In this document: positions 39,621 through 48,541 of the stretch, piece after piece
Numbering within the stretch: position 1 is the first letter of the stretch
Layout of the letters: each line of letters starts with the position of its first letter
Assembly (NCBI GenBank): GCA_044342325.1
Contig: JBIIPZ010000024.1
Location: forward strand, 1-48,659
DNA from: Terrimicrobiaceae bacterium
GTDB taxonomy: Bacteria > Verrucomicrobiota > Verrucomicrobiia > Chthoniobacterales > Terrimicrobiaceae
Direction of reading: 5' to 3'
Length of the DNA stretch: 48,659 nt
The notes under the pieces: generated by a model
What the model was told of the DNA's origin: nothing
The model's database searches: none
Seen by the model: only the letters and a program-made list of their open reading frames with translations
Made by a program: the position numbers and the translations under genes

Positions 39621-40478
39621 TTATTTTTTGGCTGGGAGAACGGAGGCTTTCCAGGCTTTTTCGATGAGGCCTTTGAGCACGATGGCTTCCTCCCAGCTGT
39701 TGGGGAGGCTGTGGAGGTTGTAGCCGCCTGCGATGGGACCCATTTCGGGAACGACGAAGAGTTCGCGTCCGTCTTGTTTGCCTTGGCGCCAGACTCGGAA
39801 GAGGGCCTCGGCGAAAGGAACCCAATCCTTGATCTCCGGAGTGAGCTTGCCTTTTCCGTCCGTGACGGGAATCTGGCAATGGTGACCGTTGAACGGGCGG
39901 AGGTGAATTTGCTCAACGCGTTGGATGAGCTTAGGCTGGACCAGCAGACGCGAGGCGTAGTTACCGGGATGGAGGTGCTTCACGACGGAGACATGGGAAT
40001 AATCCAGCGTCATGGGCAGGAGTTTGCCTGTCGCTTTGCGGTAGGCATCCGCTAGGGCGTAGGCTTTTTCAGGGGTCTCGGTGCATGTGTCGCGATGGAT
40101 TTCCACTGCAGGTTCGCAACCGATTTTCTCTGCATCCTTCATGAGCTGCAGCGTGAGCTTAAGGGCCTCGGGCGTGAGGGTGTCCTCATCGGCCAACTGC
40201 ACATTGATGTAATGCGCGCCGTTGTCGGCGTTTTCTTTGAGAAGTTTGTGGAATTCCTTGGGGTTGCCCGAGGAGACATAGCCAATGATGACGAGGCCGT
40301 ATTTGTCGGCCAGTTTTTTGAGCTCAGGTGTGGCTGCCGTTGCAAGGCCGTGGAATCCGGCCTCCTTGATGGCGCGGACTTTTCTTTCCAAGGACCATTC
40401 GCTTTTGGCGCTTGGGTATTGGACGAGCGACCACATGGCCGCGATCATGCGAAGTTTGGGAGGGTTTTCTTTTTTCAC
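39621..40478 (-). CDS. Xylose-isomerase-like TIM-barrel protein (sugar phosphate isomerase/epimerase)
   Basis: IKEAGFHG, EIHRD, DYSH, HLR and PEMGP metal-ligand pattern; GTG start overlaps the upstream stop. Confidence 0.75.
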   Translation of the reverse strand: MKKENPPKLRMIAAMWSLVQYPSAKSEWSLERKVRAIKEAGFHGLATAATPELKKLADKYGLVIIGYVSSGNPKEFHKLLKENADNGAHYINVQLADEDTLTPEALKLTLQLMKDAEKIGCEPAVEIHRDTCTETPEKAYALADAYRKATGKLLPMTLDYSHVSVVKHLHPGNYASRLLVQPKLIQRVEQIHLRPFNGHHCQIPVTDGKGKLTPEIKDWVPFAEALFRVWRQGKQDGRELFVVPEMGPIAGGYNLHSLPNSWEEAIVLKGLIEKAWKASVLPAKK

Positions 40479-41365
40479 TTGTTTTTGCCTCGGTTGGGGA
40501 AAGTGAGTTCGGCGATGCCGGACTTGTCGAGGTCGCCGAAACCTTCAGCCACCATGCGGTCGTATTGCTTTTTGGCTGCCTCGGCGAGAGGGAGATTGAG
40601 ACCCTTCTCATGGGCGAGGGAGAGGGCGATGCCGCTGTCTTTCGCCGCATGTGCTCCTGAGAAGAAGCAGGAGTGATCGCGGTTCTGCATATCCTCGCCG
40701 TCGGTTTTGAGAACCTGTGAGTTTGCGCCGGTCTGGGAAAAAACCTCGCGCAGCATGGTGAGATCAAGTCCGAGGGAGGCTCCGAGGCCCAGGCCTTCGG
40801 CGAGTCCGGCGGTATTGATATTCATGACCATGTTGACGAGCGCCTTCACTTGCGCGGCCTTACCCGAGGCTCCGATGTGGCGCAGGGAAATGCTGAGGTC
40901 TTTGAGGATCGGTTCGGCGCGCTGGAAGGCCGCGTCCGTGCCGCCTGTCATGAGATACAGGGTTCCTTCGCGGGCTTGGGTGATGCTTGATGCCATGCAG
41001 GCTTCGAGAGACTCGGCACCGGCCTTGTGTGCGAGGGCCTCGACATCGAGGTGAACCTGCGGCGAGATGGTGGCGCAGTTAATGAAAAGTTTGCCCTTGG
41101 CACCAACCAGAAGGCTGTCGCCCTGTTCGGTGAAAATAGCCCGCATGGCCTTGTCGTCGGTCACGACAGTAATAATCACGCTGGCGAGTTCATTCACGCG
41201 GACCAGTGTTTTCGAGGCCTCCGCACCGATCTCGGCACCCAACTCCACAGCGAGCGGAGCGTGGTTGTCGAAGACAGCGGTGACATTGTATCCTTGATCT
41301 TTGAGTCGGCGCGCCATGTTGGCGCCCATACGACCGACTCCTACGAATGCGATGGTTTCTTTCAT
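40475..41365 (-). CDS. NAD(P)-dependent beta-hydroxyacid dehydrogenase (3-hydroxyisobutyrate DH family)
   Basis: FVGVGRMGANMA, CATISP, KALVN, KDSGIAL. Confidence 0.9.
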   Translation of the reverse strand: MKETIAFVGVGRMGANMARRLKDQGYNVTAVFDNHAPLAVELGAEIGAEASKTLVRVNELASVIITVVTDDKAMRAIFTEQGDSLLVGAKGKLFINCATISPQVHLDVEALAHKAGAESLEACMASSITQAREGTLYLMTGGTDAAFQRAEPILKDLSISLRHIGASGKAAQVKALVNMVMNINTAGLAEGLGLGASLGLDLTMLREVFSQTGANSQVLKTDGEDMQNRDHSCFFSGAHAAKDSGIALSLAHEKGLNLPLAEAAKKQYDRMVAEGFGDLDKSGIAELTFPNRGKNK

Positions 41366-41371
41366 AAATTT

Positions 41372-42193
41372 TTAAGCGGCAAAAAAGGGATTGGCGTGTT
41401 TTTGTTCGCTGACGGTGGTGAGGGGACCGTGGCCGGAGCAAACAATTGTGGCGTCAGGGAGGGTGAGAATTTGTTCGCGGTTGTTGCGCAGCGCATCGGC
41501 GTAGGAGACCATGCCCCCGCCCATTGATCCTGCGAACATCGAGTCTCCTACGATTGCGACAGGTTTTGCGAGGCCTGGGATGAAATAAGTCACACCACCT
41601 GCCGCGTGTCCGCTCGTGAGGCGGGTTTCAACGATCAGGCTGCCAATTTGAAAACCTCGGCCAGCGGAAAATGGCTCCGCTCCGGCAATCGGTTCCTTCT
41701 CGCAAACCCAAGCATGCGCGCCTGTCTTTTCGACCAAGCGATCCAAATCAAAAATATGGTCGGTGTGGATGTGGGTGATGAAAATTTGTTTCACCTTCAG
41801 CCCGCGGCTCGCCGCAAAATCCAGCATCGGCTGGCCATCCGCCCCGGTGTCAAAAAACGCCGCCTCGTTCGTCGAGGGATCCCATACGAGAAACGAATTC
41901 ACCGTCATGTCTTCGAACACGGAGTTGAAGTGCGCGAGGCCATCGATGTCCTCAACGGGAGCGGGTGCGTATCGGTTTTGTGCCAGCGCCAAAAGCGCAT
42001 TGGCTCCCAGACCGAGAGCGGAAGCCACTTTGTGTAGGGCGGCCTCATTCAATGTGCCGGCTTTGAGATTTTCGATCTCTGAAACCGTTGCCCCCGACTT
42101 CGCCGAGAGCTCCTCGTCGGTGAGGGATTGCCCGCGTTGGGCTTTTCCAATGATGTCACTGAAGCTGTCTTCGAGAGGTATGCTGATCGGCAT
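41372..42193 (-). CDS. MBL-fold metallo-hydrolase with an N-terminal HTH-like segment
   Basis: THIHTDH, GHAAG, GDSMF.GS.G, GHGP; N-terminal GQSLTDEELSAKSG...IENLKAG. Alternative start 42220. Confidence 0.88.
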   Translation of the reverse strand: MPISIPLEDSFSDIIGKAQRGQSLTDEELSAKSGATVSEIENLKAGTLNEAALHKVASALGLGANALLALAQNRYAPAPVEDIDGLAHFNSVFEDMTVNSFLVWDPSTNEAAFFDTGADGQPMLDFAASRGLKVKQIFITHIHTDHIFDLDRLVEKTGAHAWVCEKEPIAGAEPFSAGRGFQIGSLIVETRLTSGHAAGGVTYFIPGLAKPVAIVGDSMFAGSMGGGMVSYADALRNNREQILTLPDATIVCSGHGPLTTVSEQKHANPFFAA

Positions 42194-42277
42194 GATTTTT
42201 TGTCTTTCTGAGGCTGACATTCCTATCAGCCAAGGTGTTTTTGTAAACTTCCAAGCAAGTTAGAAAACGGGCGATTC

Positions 42278-43537
42278 CTAACCTTCGACGCGGTGGGTGT
42301 GGCTGTAGAATGTGGCTCGATTGTTGCGGCAGAAGCCTGCCAAGGTGATGCCCCAGCGTTCGCTCATCTCCACGGCCAGAGAGGAGGGGGCGGAGATGGC
42401 TGATAGGATGGGAATTCCTGCACGGGCGCATTTTTGAACGATCTCGAAGGAGACGCGGCCGCTGACCGTGAGGACATCCGCAAGGGCGAGCAGGTTGTTC
42501 TCGAGAAGGAACCCGATGACTTTGTCTACCGCGTTGTGGCGTCCGATATCTTCAAAGATGCACAACACATCGCCACCGGTTGTTGCCGCACTTGCGGCGT
42601 GACAGCCTCCGGTGCCATCGAACTGGCTCTGTCTCCGGCGTGCGTTTTCATGGATGGTTTTTAGGGCGGAGGCGTTGATTGATGCGGCTTTGGAGACTGG
42701 CGTGACACCCTCAAACATTTTCTCCATCGATTCCTTGCCGCAGAGTCCGCAGGAGGATGTGGAGGCCAGACGGCGGTTGGCCGGAGCCATGGCTGAGCCG
42801 GTCAGATCGACTCTGGCAAAGGTTCCAAGAGGCGTCTCCTCCTGTTCATAATTGATGAAGGGCGCGTCATTCACCGCTTCGGAGTGGAGCAGGCCCCGAA
42901 CAAGGAACCGCTCGGCTCCGGGCGTCTGCATCGTCATGGAAAACAGCGAACCATTGACCATAATCTGCAATGGTCGCTCTACGGTGAGGCTGTCCACCAC
43001 GGGCGAAGTTAGGTCGTCCTCTTGGCGAATCGCTTGGAATTTGCGGGTGTGTAAATCAATTGTCTCAAGCTCGGCCTCGCCGCATGCGATGGCTCCGTCC
43101 TCAAGAATGCGGCAACGCAAACCGCCGCGCCCAACAAGAAACGCATTGGCTCCGGGGGCCACGGCTTCGTCCATCCAGTAGCAGGGTTTGCATTCTTCGA
43201 CTCCTTCGAAGACGAGGCCCCCGAGATGGAATTGGAGACCGATGAGGCTGTTCAAATCAACGCCAGAGATGAGGACATTGCGCCGCAGGGTGGAGCAATC
43301 GAGTGATGTCAGGCCGAGGGCGTCGCACATTTCCGAAACCACCTCGCGCGAGAGGAATGTGATCTGGGTTTTTCCGCCGGGTTGTTCATTGTAGTAGCGA
43401 TCCCCAAGGATGCCCTTGCCCGCGTGGCACTCGGCCGTGTTAACGCGGAGGATTTCGTTATTTTGCCGTCCTTGGCCGTGGCGGCCTTTGAAATCATGTC
43501 CGCTGGAGATCCAGATATCGTGAAGTGTGACGCGCAT
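42278..43537 (-). CDS. fdhD: MOSC domain-FdhD sulfurtransferase fusion
   Basis: N-part GILGDRY, LRRNV, ECKPC..MD, GRGGLR (MOSC). C-part ERPL, SSCGLCG, TGGCHAA, EDIGRHNAVDK, SGRVSFEIVQK, SAPSSLA (FdhD). Confidence 0.9.
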   Translation of the reverse strand: MRVTLHDIWISSGHDFKGRHGQGRQNNEILRVNTAECHAGKGILGDRYYNEQPGGKTQITFLSREVVSEMCDALGLTSLDCSTLRRNVLISGVDLNSLIGLQFHLGGLVFEGVEECKPCYWMDEAVAPGANAFLVGRGGLRCRILEDGAIACGEAELETIDLHTRKFQAIRQEDDLTSPVVDSLTVERPLQIMVNGSLFSMTMQTPGAERFLVRGLLHSEAVNDAPFINYEQEETPLGTFARVDLTGSAMAPANRRLASTSSCGLCGKESMEKMFEGVTPVSKAASINASALKTIHENARRRQSQFDGTGGCHAASAATTGGDVLCIFEDIGRHNAVDKVIGFLLENNLLALADVLTVSGRVSFEIVQKCARAGIPILSAISAPSSLAVEMSERWGITLAGFCRNNRATFYSHTHRVEG

Positions 43538-43547
43538 GGTTGTCGTT

Positions 43548-43976
43548 TCAATGGGGGGAGGCGCAACGGCATCCCTCGATCCATTCGCCTTGGCCATCGG
43601 TGTAGGTTTCGCGTTTCCAAATGGGGACGCGGAGTTTGATGGCATCGATCAATTCCCGGCAGGCGGCGAAGGCCTCTTCGCGGTGGGCGGCGGCGGCCCC
43701 GACCCAAACCGCCAGATCGCCCGGCTTCAGGTCGCCAACCGCGTGGATCGCGGCGGCACGGATGCCGAACTTGCGGGAAACTTCTTCAACGAGGCGACGG
43801 CCCTCTTTTTGTGCCAATTCCAAATACGCCTCGTAATGCAGTCCCACGACCTCGCGGCCTTCGTGATGGTTTCGCACACGGCCCTCGAAAAAAACAAATC
43901 CCCCGCAGTCCGGCGATGTGAGCAATTCGCGCAGGGACTCGAAGTCGATGGGGTGGGATTCGATGAGAAACGACAT
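43548..43976 (-). CDS. moaE: Molybdopterin synthase large subunit
   Basis: FEGRVRN, LHYEAY, HREEAF, K..VPIWKRE. Confidence 0.95.
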   Translation of the reverse strand: MSFLIESHPIDFESLRELLTSPDCGGFVFFEGRVRNHHEGREVVGLHYEAYLELAQKEGRRLVEEVSRKFGIRAAAIHAVGDLKPGDLAVWVGAAAAHREEAFAACRELIDAIKLRVPIWKRETYTDGQGEWIEGCRCASPH

Positions 43977-43979
43977 GGT

Positions 43980-44807
43980 TTAACCTCCCGAAAACGGCCT
44001 GAGAAAAACCACCTTGTCGCCTGTGCAAAGGGGGTGGTCGGGTTGGGCGAACTCGTCATTCACAGCGATCCGCACATGGCCTCGAAGACCTGAAAGATTA
44101 TGGGTGTTGGCAAACTCTTCCAAAAAAGCACCCGCTGTTTGCGCGGAGGTGACGACGGTTTCCTCGCGGCGACCACGCTCTTCGGCAAGCGCGCCGAACC
44201 AGCCAATGTGGATTTGCTTTTCTCCCGTCGCGGCGGCGATGTCTTCGGGAGTGTTCATGTTCTCAAGAGCGCGGCGGCAGGATGGAGGCAACTCCAGAAG
44301 CGTCGTGCGTTCTTCGATCATGATGTGGCGAGGGCAGAGGTGATTTCGCTCCGCGTGCCTTTGCAGAATGGCCCGTGCGCTTGGTTCGTAAATCGCGCAG
44401 AGGGGTTCGGGCAATCCATCCGTTGCGCTGGCGTAGGCGATGAATGAGGTTCCATCCGTCCGCGCATCGACGAGTTTGTTGAGAACCTCCGGGGTTACGA
44501 AAGGCAGGTCGCAAGCCATGACCAGCAAGGCGGCATCGGGTTCACGCTCGAATCCGGCAAGGATGCCAGCAAGCGGGCCGGACAATTTTGGATTGTCGCG
44601 CACGACTTCGAGATGCTCGCAACCCTCGGGAGCCGTTTGACCGTCACGCAGCGAGAGGAAGGCTTTTTGACAAACTGGCGAAAGCCCCTGAACAGCCCGC
44701 TGGCCTTGATTCAAGCCATCCGCGCCAATAACCATCGAGGCCTTGTCGCGACCCATGCGGGTGCTGCGCCCTCCAGCCAGCAACAAGCCAAAAAGCGAAG
44801 GCTTCAT
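43980..44807 (-). CDS. mobA: Molybdenum cofactor guanylyltransferase (MobA) fused to a C-terminal MoaD/ThiS sulfur carrier
   Basis: LAGGRSTRMGRDKA, GPLAGI, ACDLP, EPLCAIY, NMNTP; then WFGALAE..G...AVNDEF...GDKVVFLRPFSGG. Confidence 0.88.
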   Translation of the reverse strand: MKPSLFGLLLAGGRSTRMGRDKASMVIGADGLNQGQRAVQGLSPVCQKAFLSLRDGQTAPEGCEHLEVVRDNPKLSGPLAGILAGFEREPDAALLVMACDLPFVTPEVLNKLVDARTDGTSFIAYASATDGLPEPLCAIYEPSARAILQRHAERNHLCPRHIMIEERTTLLELPPSCRRALENMNTPEDIAAATGEKQIHIGWFGALAEERGRREETVVTSAQTAGAFLEEFANTHNLSGLRGHVRIAVNDEFAQPDHPLCTGDKVVFLRPFSGG

Positions 44808-45307
44808 GCGTTGGACTGATAGTCGCTCTTGCCGCCCTGTTTTTCGACGAGACGGATATTGCGTATTTCCATCGCATGCGAAAACACCTTGCACATGTCG
44901 TAAATGGTGAGTGCCGCCACAGTTGCGGCGGTGAGAGCCTCCATTTCAACGCCGGTTTTATAGGTCACTTTCGCCTCGGCCGTGATTTCAAGAAGCCCTT
45001 CGTTCCGCGCTTGAATGGAAATGTGGATGCCCTCGAGGGGGAGGGGATGGCAGAACGGAATGAGGTTCGAAGTATTCTTTGCCGCCATCGTGCCGGCGAT
45101 GATCGCGGTGTGGAAAACCGGGCCTTTCGGAGCCTGGATCTCGCCCTCGATCAAGCGCGAGGCGACCTCGGGAGGTAGCCGCATTTCAGCCAAGGCTGTC
45201 GCAGTCCGGCGGCTGAATGCCTTTGTGGAGACATCGACCATCGCGGGATTATTGGCCTCGTCGAGGTGGCTCCAATCGGCTTCTGGTTTGGTTTCCAACG
45301 AATTCAT
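44804..45307 (-). CDS. moaC: Cyclic pyranopterin monophosphate synthase
   Basis: MVDVSTK, AGTMAAK, LIPFCHPL, TGVEMEAL, IYDMCK, KQGGKS. Confidence 0.97.
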   Translation of the reverse strand: MNSLETKPEADWSHLDEANNPAMVDVSTKAFSRRTATALAEMRLPPEVASRLIEGEIQAPKGPVFHTAIIAGTMAAKNTSNLIPFCHPLPLEGIHISIQARNEGLLEITAEAKVTYKTGVEMEALTAATVAALTIYDMCKVFSHAMEIRNIRLVEKQGGKSDYQSNA

Positions 45308-46500
45308 GCAATCCACGGAAAATAGCGGGCACTTGAGTGGGCCGCAAATCTTTCATCCACTTCGACAAAACCGGTCGAGCCGAGCAATCCCGCAAAGTCG
45401 CCTGAATTTGCAGTTGGCAGTGCTTGAGCGGTTCCATCGCCACGGTCGGCGACAGGAAGAAAAAGCGTCAATCCCTCCGGCCTAGCGAAGTCGCCCAGCA
45501 CCTTTCGGACCTGCGGCGGGGCGGGCGCTTCGCCGCTCCAGTGGCGCAGGGCCGGAATAACATAACGATGCAGGCAGACCAGCGCGGAGACGGGATTTCC
45601 CGGCAATCCAAAAACAACCGGCCCACTTGGCACTTTCCAGACGGCCATCGGCTTTCCGGGTCGCTGGGCCACGCCGTGTAAAATCAGTTCGCCACCCAAT
45701 TCGCCGATGATGTGTGGAACAAGGTCTCGTCGGCCCTTGGAAACGCCACCGGTAATGACCGCGATATCGCTCGCTGAAAAAACCTTTTGGAGCAATGCAC
45801 GCAAGGCCTCCGCTTCGTCGGGCGCATGCGTCAATTCCATTGCGGGATGCCCGGCCAATTGAAGCGAGGCGGCGAGAGTCGGCGCGTTGGTATGACGAAT
45901 CTTCCCCGGCGAGGGCTTTTCACCGATGCCCACCAACTCGTCCCCCGTGCTAATCAAGGTGATGCGTGCCCGATTTGTCACTCGCAGCGACCCGTATCCA
46001 CAAGCCGCTGCTACACTCGTTTCCACAGGGCCAATTCTCACGCCCTCCTTCATCAGAACCTCTCCGGCGGGGTGGTCCGAGCCTTGGCGGTGAATGAAGA
46101 CGCCAGCACGAGGGGCGGCATCATTCCGCAAGACCGCTCGGCCATTTTTGATGTCATACCACTCGACTGGCAAAATACAGTCGCTTCCGACTGGGAGCAC
46201 CGCGCCGGTCATGACTTCGATGGCCGATGAGGGAGCGGATGGAAGCTGCTTTGAAGCCTGCCCAGCCGGGGCCGTTCCTGTGATCTCAAAGGCGCGGTGT
46301 CCCGCTTGAAAATCCGAAAACCTCATGGCGATGCCATCCATCATCACCCGGTCAAATGGCGGGAAGTCCTGATCCGCCCGAATTTCCTCGCGTAAAATCC
46401 GTCCCGCCGCCTCCAGCAGTGGCAATTCCTCGCAGGAAAATCCCTCTCGAATTCGCAGAACTCTGTCTTCCGCCTCGGCGGGGGTGATTAGTGTTTTCAT
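45304..46500 (-). CDS. moeA: Molybdopterin molybdotransferase
   Basis: PPFDRVMMDGIA, MTGAVLP, STGDEL, TGGVSKG, QRPGKP, LPGNPVS. Confidence 0.96.
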   Translation of the reverse strand: MKTLITPAEAEDRVLRIREGFSCEELPLLEAAGRILREEIRADQDFPPFDRVMMDGIAMRFSDFQAGHRAFEITGTAPAGQASKQLPSAPSSAIEVMTGAVLPVGSDCILPVEWYDIKNGRAVLRNDAAPRAGVFIHRQGSDHPAGEVLMKEGVRIGPVETSVAAACGYGSLRVTNRARITLISTGDELVGIGEKPSPGKIRHTNAPTLAASLQLAGHPAMELTHAPDEAEALRALLQKVFSASDIAVITGGVSKGRRDLVPHIIGELGGELILHGVAQRPGKPMAVWKVPSGPVVFGLPGNPVSALVCLHRYVIPALRHWSGEAPAPPQVRKVLGDFARPEGLTLFLPVADRGDGTAQALPTANSGDFAGLLGSTGFVEVDERFAAHSSARYFPWIA

Positions 46501-46536
46501 GCGTTTCTGCCACATTTAGCCTTTGGAGCACTTGGT

Positions 46537-47586
46537 TTGAACAACAATTCCACAACATTCGCGGACGCGCAGGAGCCCGTTCTCAAAGACCTTCTGGCCC
46601 GCCCGCTGAGAGACCTCCGCGTTTCGCTCACCGATCAATGCAACCTCCGTTGCACCTATTGCATGCCCGCTGAGATTTTTGATCAGGAGCATGCGTTTCT
46701 TCAAAAAGACCAACTCATCCGTCTTGAAGAACTGGAGCGCCTCATCGGGGCATTCGTTCGCTGCGGAGTTAGAAAAATCCGCCTCACTGGCGGAGAGCCG
46801 CTCGTGCGTCGCGGCGTGGTGGAATTTCTCGGTTGTTTGAAAAAGTTTCCGGAAATCGAGGACCTGGCCATGACCACAAACGGCCTGCTCTTGCCGACCT
46901 TTGCCTCTGGCCTCGCGGAGGCCGGCCTCCATCGCGTCACGGTCAGTCTTGATGCGTTGGATCCTGATATTTTTTCTCGCATGAACGGACGCGGAAAGCA
47001 TCCGGATCAAGTTCTCAAAGGCATCGAGGCGGCAAAAAGCGCAGGGCTCGCGGTCAAGGTCAACATGGTCGTGCAGCGGGGAGTGAACGATTCGCAAGTG
47101 CTTCCCATGGCGCTTCGTTTCAAGGCCGCCGGGATTCCGCTGCGGTTCATCGAATTCATGGATGTGGGAAACCACAACCACTGGGATTCTGCAATGGTCG
47201 TCAGCGGAGAGGAAATCCTCGCTCGGCTTGCTGCGGAGACCAGCTTTGAAGCCGTGCCACCCGCGCATTTCGGCGAAGTCGCCAACCGCTTCCGCTACAC
47301 CGACGACGGCGTTGAATTTGGAATCATCACTTCCATCTCGCAGCCCTTCTGCAGGAGTTGCACGCGGGCCCGGTTGTCGGCGGACGGGAGATTGTTCACC
47401 TGCCTTTTTGCCAGCAAGGGCCATGATCTGCTTGGTGCGATGCGGGCGGGCAACCCCGATGACGAGGCCCTCTATCAAATGGTCGCCACCCTCTGGCGAA
47501 CGAGGGATGACAGGTATTCCGAGCTTCGCTCCGCTGTCGCTGGCAACACGCCCGCCAAGGTCGAAATGTCCTTCATCGGCGGATGA
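46537..47586 (+). CDS. moaA: GTP 3',8-cyclase (radical SAM)
   Basis: LRVSLTDQCNLRCTYC, LTGGEP, RFIEFM, FCRSCTRARL...C, terminal IGG; TTG start. Confidence 0.97.
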   Translation: MNNNSTTFADAQEPVLKDLLARPLRDLRVSLTDQCNLRCTYCMPAEIFDQEHAFLQKDQLIRLEELERLIGAFVRCGVRKIRLTGGEPLVRRGVVEFLGCLKKFPEIEDLAMTTNGLLLPTFASGLAEAGLHRVTVSLDALDPDIFSRMNGRGKHPDQVLKGIEAAKSAGLAVKVNMVVQRGVNDSQVLPMALRFKAAGIPLRFIEFMDVGNHNHWDSAMVVSGEEILARLAAETSFEAVPPAHFGEVANRFRYTDDGVEFGIITSISQPFCRSCTRARLSADGRLFTCLFASKGHDLLGAMRAGNPDDEALYQMVATLWRTRDDRYSELRSAVAGNTPAKVEMSFIGG

Positions 47587-47599
47587 GGCCGAGCTGCCC

Positions 47600-48364
47600 A
47601 TGATTCTCGCCTTTTTGTTTTTTTGTGTGGCGCTGATCTACTCCAGCGTCGGCTTTGGTGGCGGGTCCTCCTACATCGCCCTTCTGCAGTGGCACGGAAT
47701 GTCGGCCTCAGCCCTTCCCCTCCTGTCGCTCACCTGCAATCTGATCGTCTCCACGCAAAGTTTTATCCAATTCTCGCGGGCCGGTTTTTTTTCCACGCGC
47801 CGGAGCCTTCCATTTGTCGTCCTCTCAGTTCCCGCCGCCTATCTCGGCGGGTTGTATGCGATTAAGGAAACAACATTTCTCATCCTTCTGGCCGCATCGC
47901 TCACAGCCGCCGGAGCCCTCCTGCTTTTCCCAGTGTTCGAGAGCGGGGATCGGCCCGACAATCCGATTCGGCAATGGATTCGGCGCTTCGGGTTTTTGCT
48001 CGGCCTTCCGCTTGGCTTCCTTTCGGGCATCGTCGGAATCGGAGGCGGGATTTTTTTGGCTCCCATCCTGCATTTGGGAAAATGGGCGAAAGCCAAAGAA
48101 ATCGCGGCGCTGGCGGCCTGCTTCATCTGCACGAACAGCTTCGCAGGACTCCTCGGCCAAATGCAAAAAACCGGATGGAGAAACGAGGTTTTCGCGTCCT
48201 ATTGGATGCTCCCCGTGGCCGTTCTCTTGGGCGGATTGGCAGGCTCAAGATGTGGCATCACCATCCTGCTACCACTGCGAATCCGCCAAATCACAGGAGC
48301 CATCGTCCTTTTCGTCGCCTGCAATCTGTGGGTGAAACAACTCGCCGCGTTGAAGGTTTTTTAG
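47600..48364 (+). CDS. Sulfite exporter TauE/SafE family protein
   Basis: YSSVGFGGGSSY and GIVGIGGGIFL internal repeats; about 8 TM segments. Confidence 0.9.
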   Translation: MILAFLFFCVALIYSSVGFGGGSSYIALLQWHGMSASALPLLSLTCNLIVSTQSFIQFSRAGFFSTRRSLPFVVLSVPAAYLGGLYAIKETTFLILLAASLTAAGALLLFPVFESGDRPDNPIRQWIRRFGFLLGLPLGFLSGIVGIGGGIFLAPILHLGKWAKAKEIAALAACFICTNSFAGLLGQMQKTGWRNEVFASYWMLPVAVLLGGLAGSRCGITILLPLRIRQITGAIVLFVACNLWVKQLAALKVF

Positions 48365-48421
48365 ATCGCGGATTAGTTGCTGGTTTATACCAAAAGCAGC
48401 TTGCTTTTAGATTTTTGGAGA

Positions 48422-48522
48422 GGAGCACAGGCGTCTCGCCTGTGTGCAGAGGCGTCCTGTTTGGGTTCGATAAACGCAAGCAAATGGATCAGTCTCCACA
48501 CGGCCGGGACGGCCATGACCCC
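48422..48522. repeat. GGAG-type REP doublet (REPIN-like)
   Basis: GGAG-CACAGGCG-TCT-CGCCTGTG plus an inverted partner (reverse complement GGGGTCATGGCCGTCCCGGCCGTG). Confidence 0.75.
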
Positions 48523-48541
48523 TTCTTTTGCAATGCAAAGT

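Noticed and set aside
47162..47599. Apparent 146-aa N-terminal extension of the TauE protein
   Set aside because: It overlaps moaA in another frame; the real start is ATG 47600.
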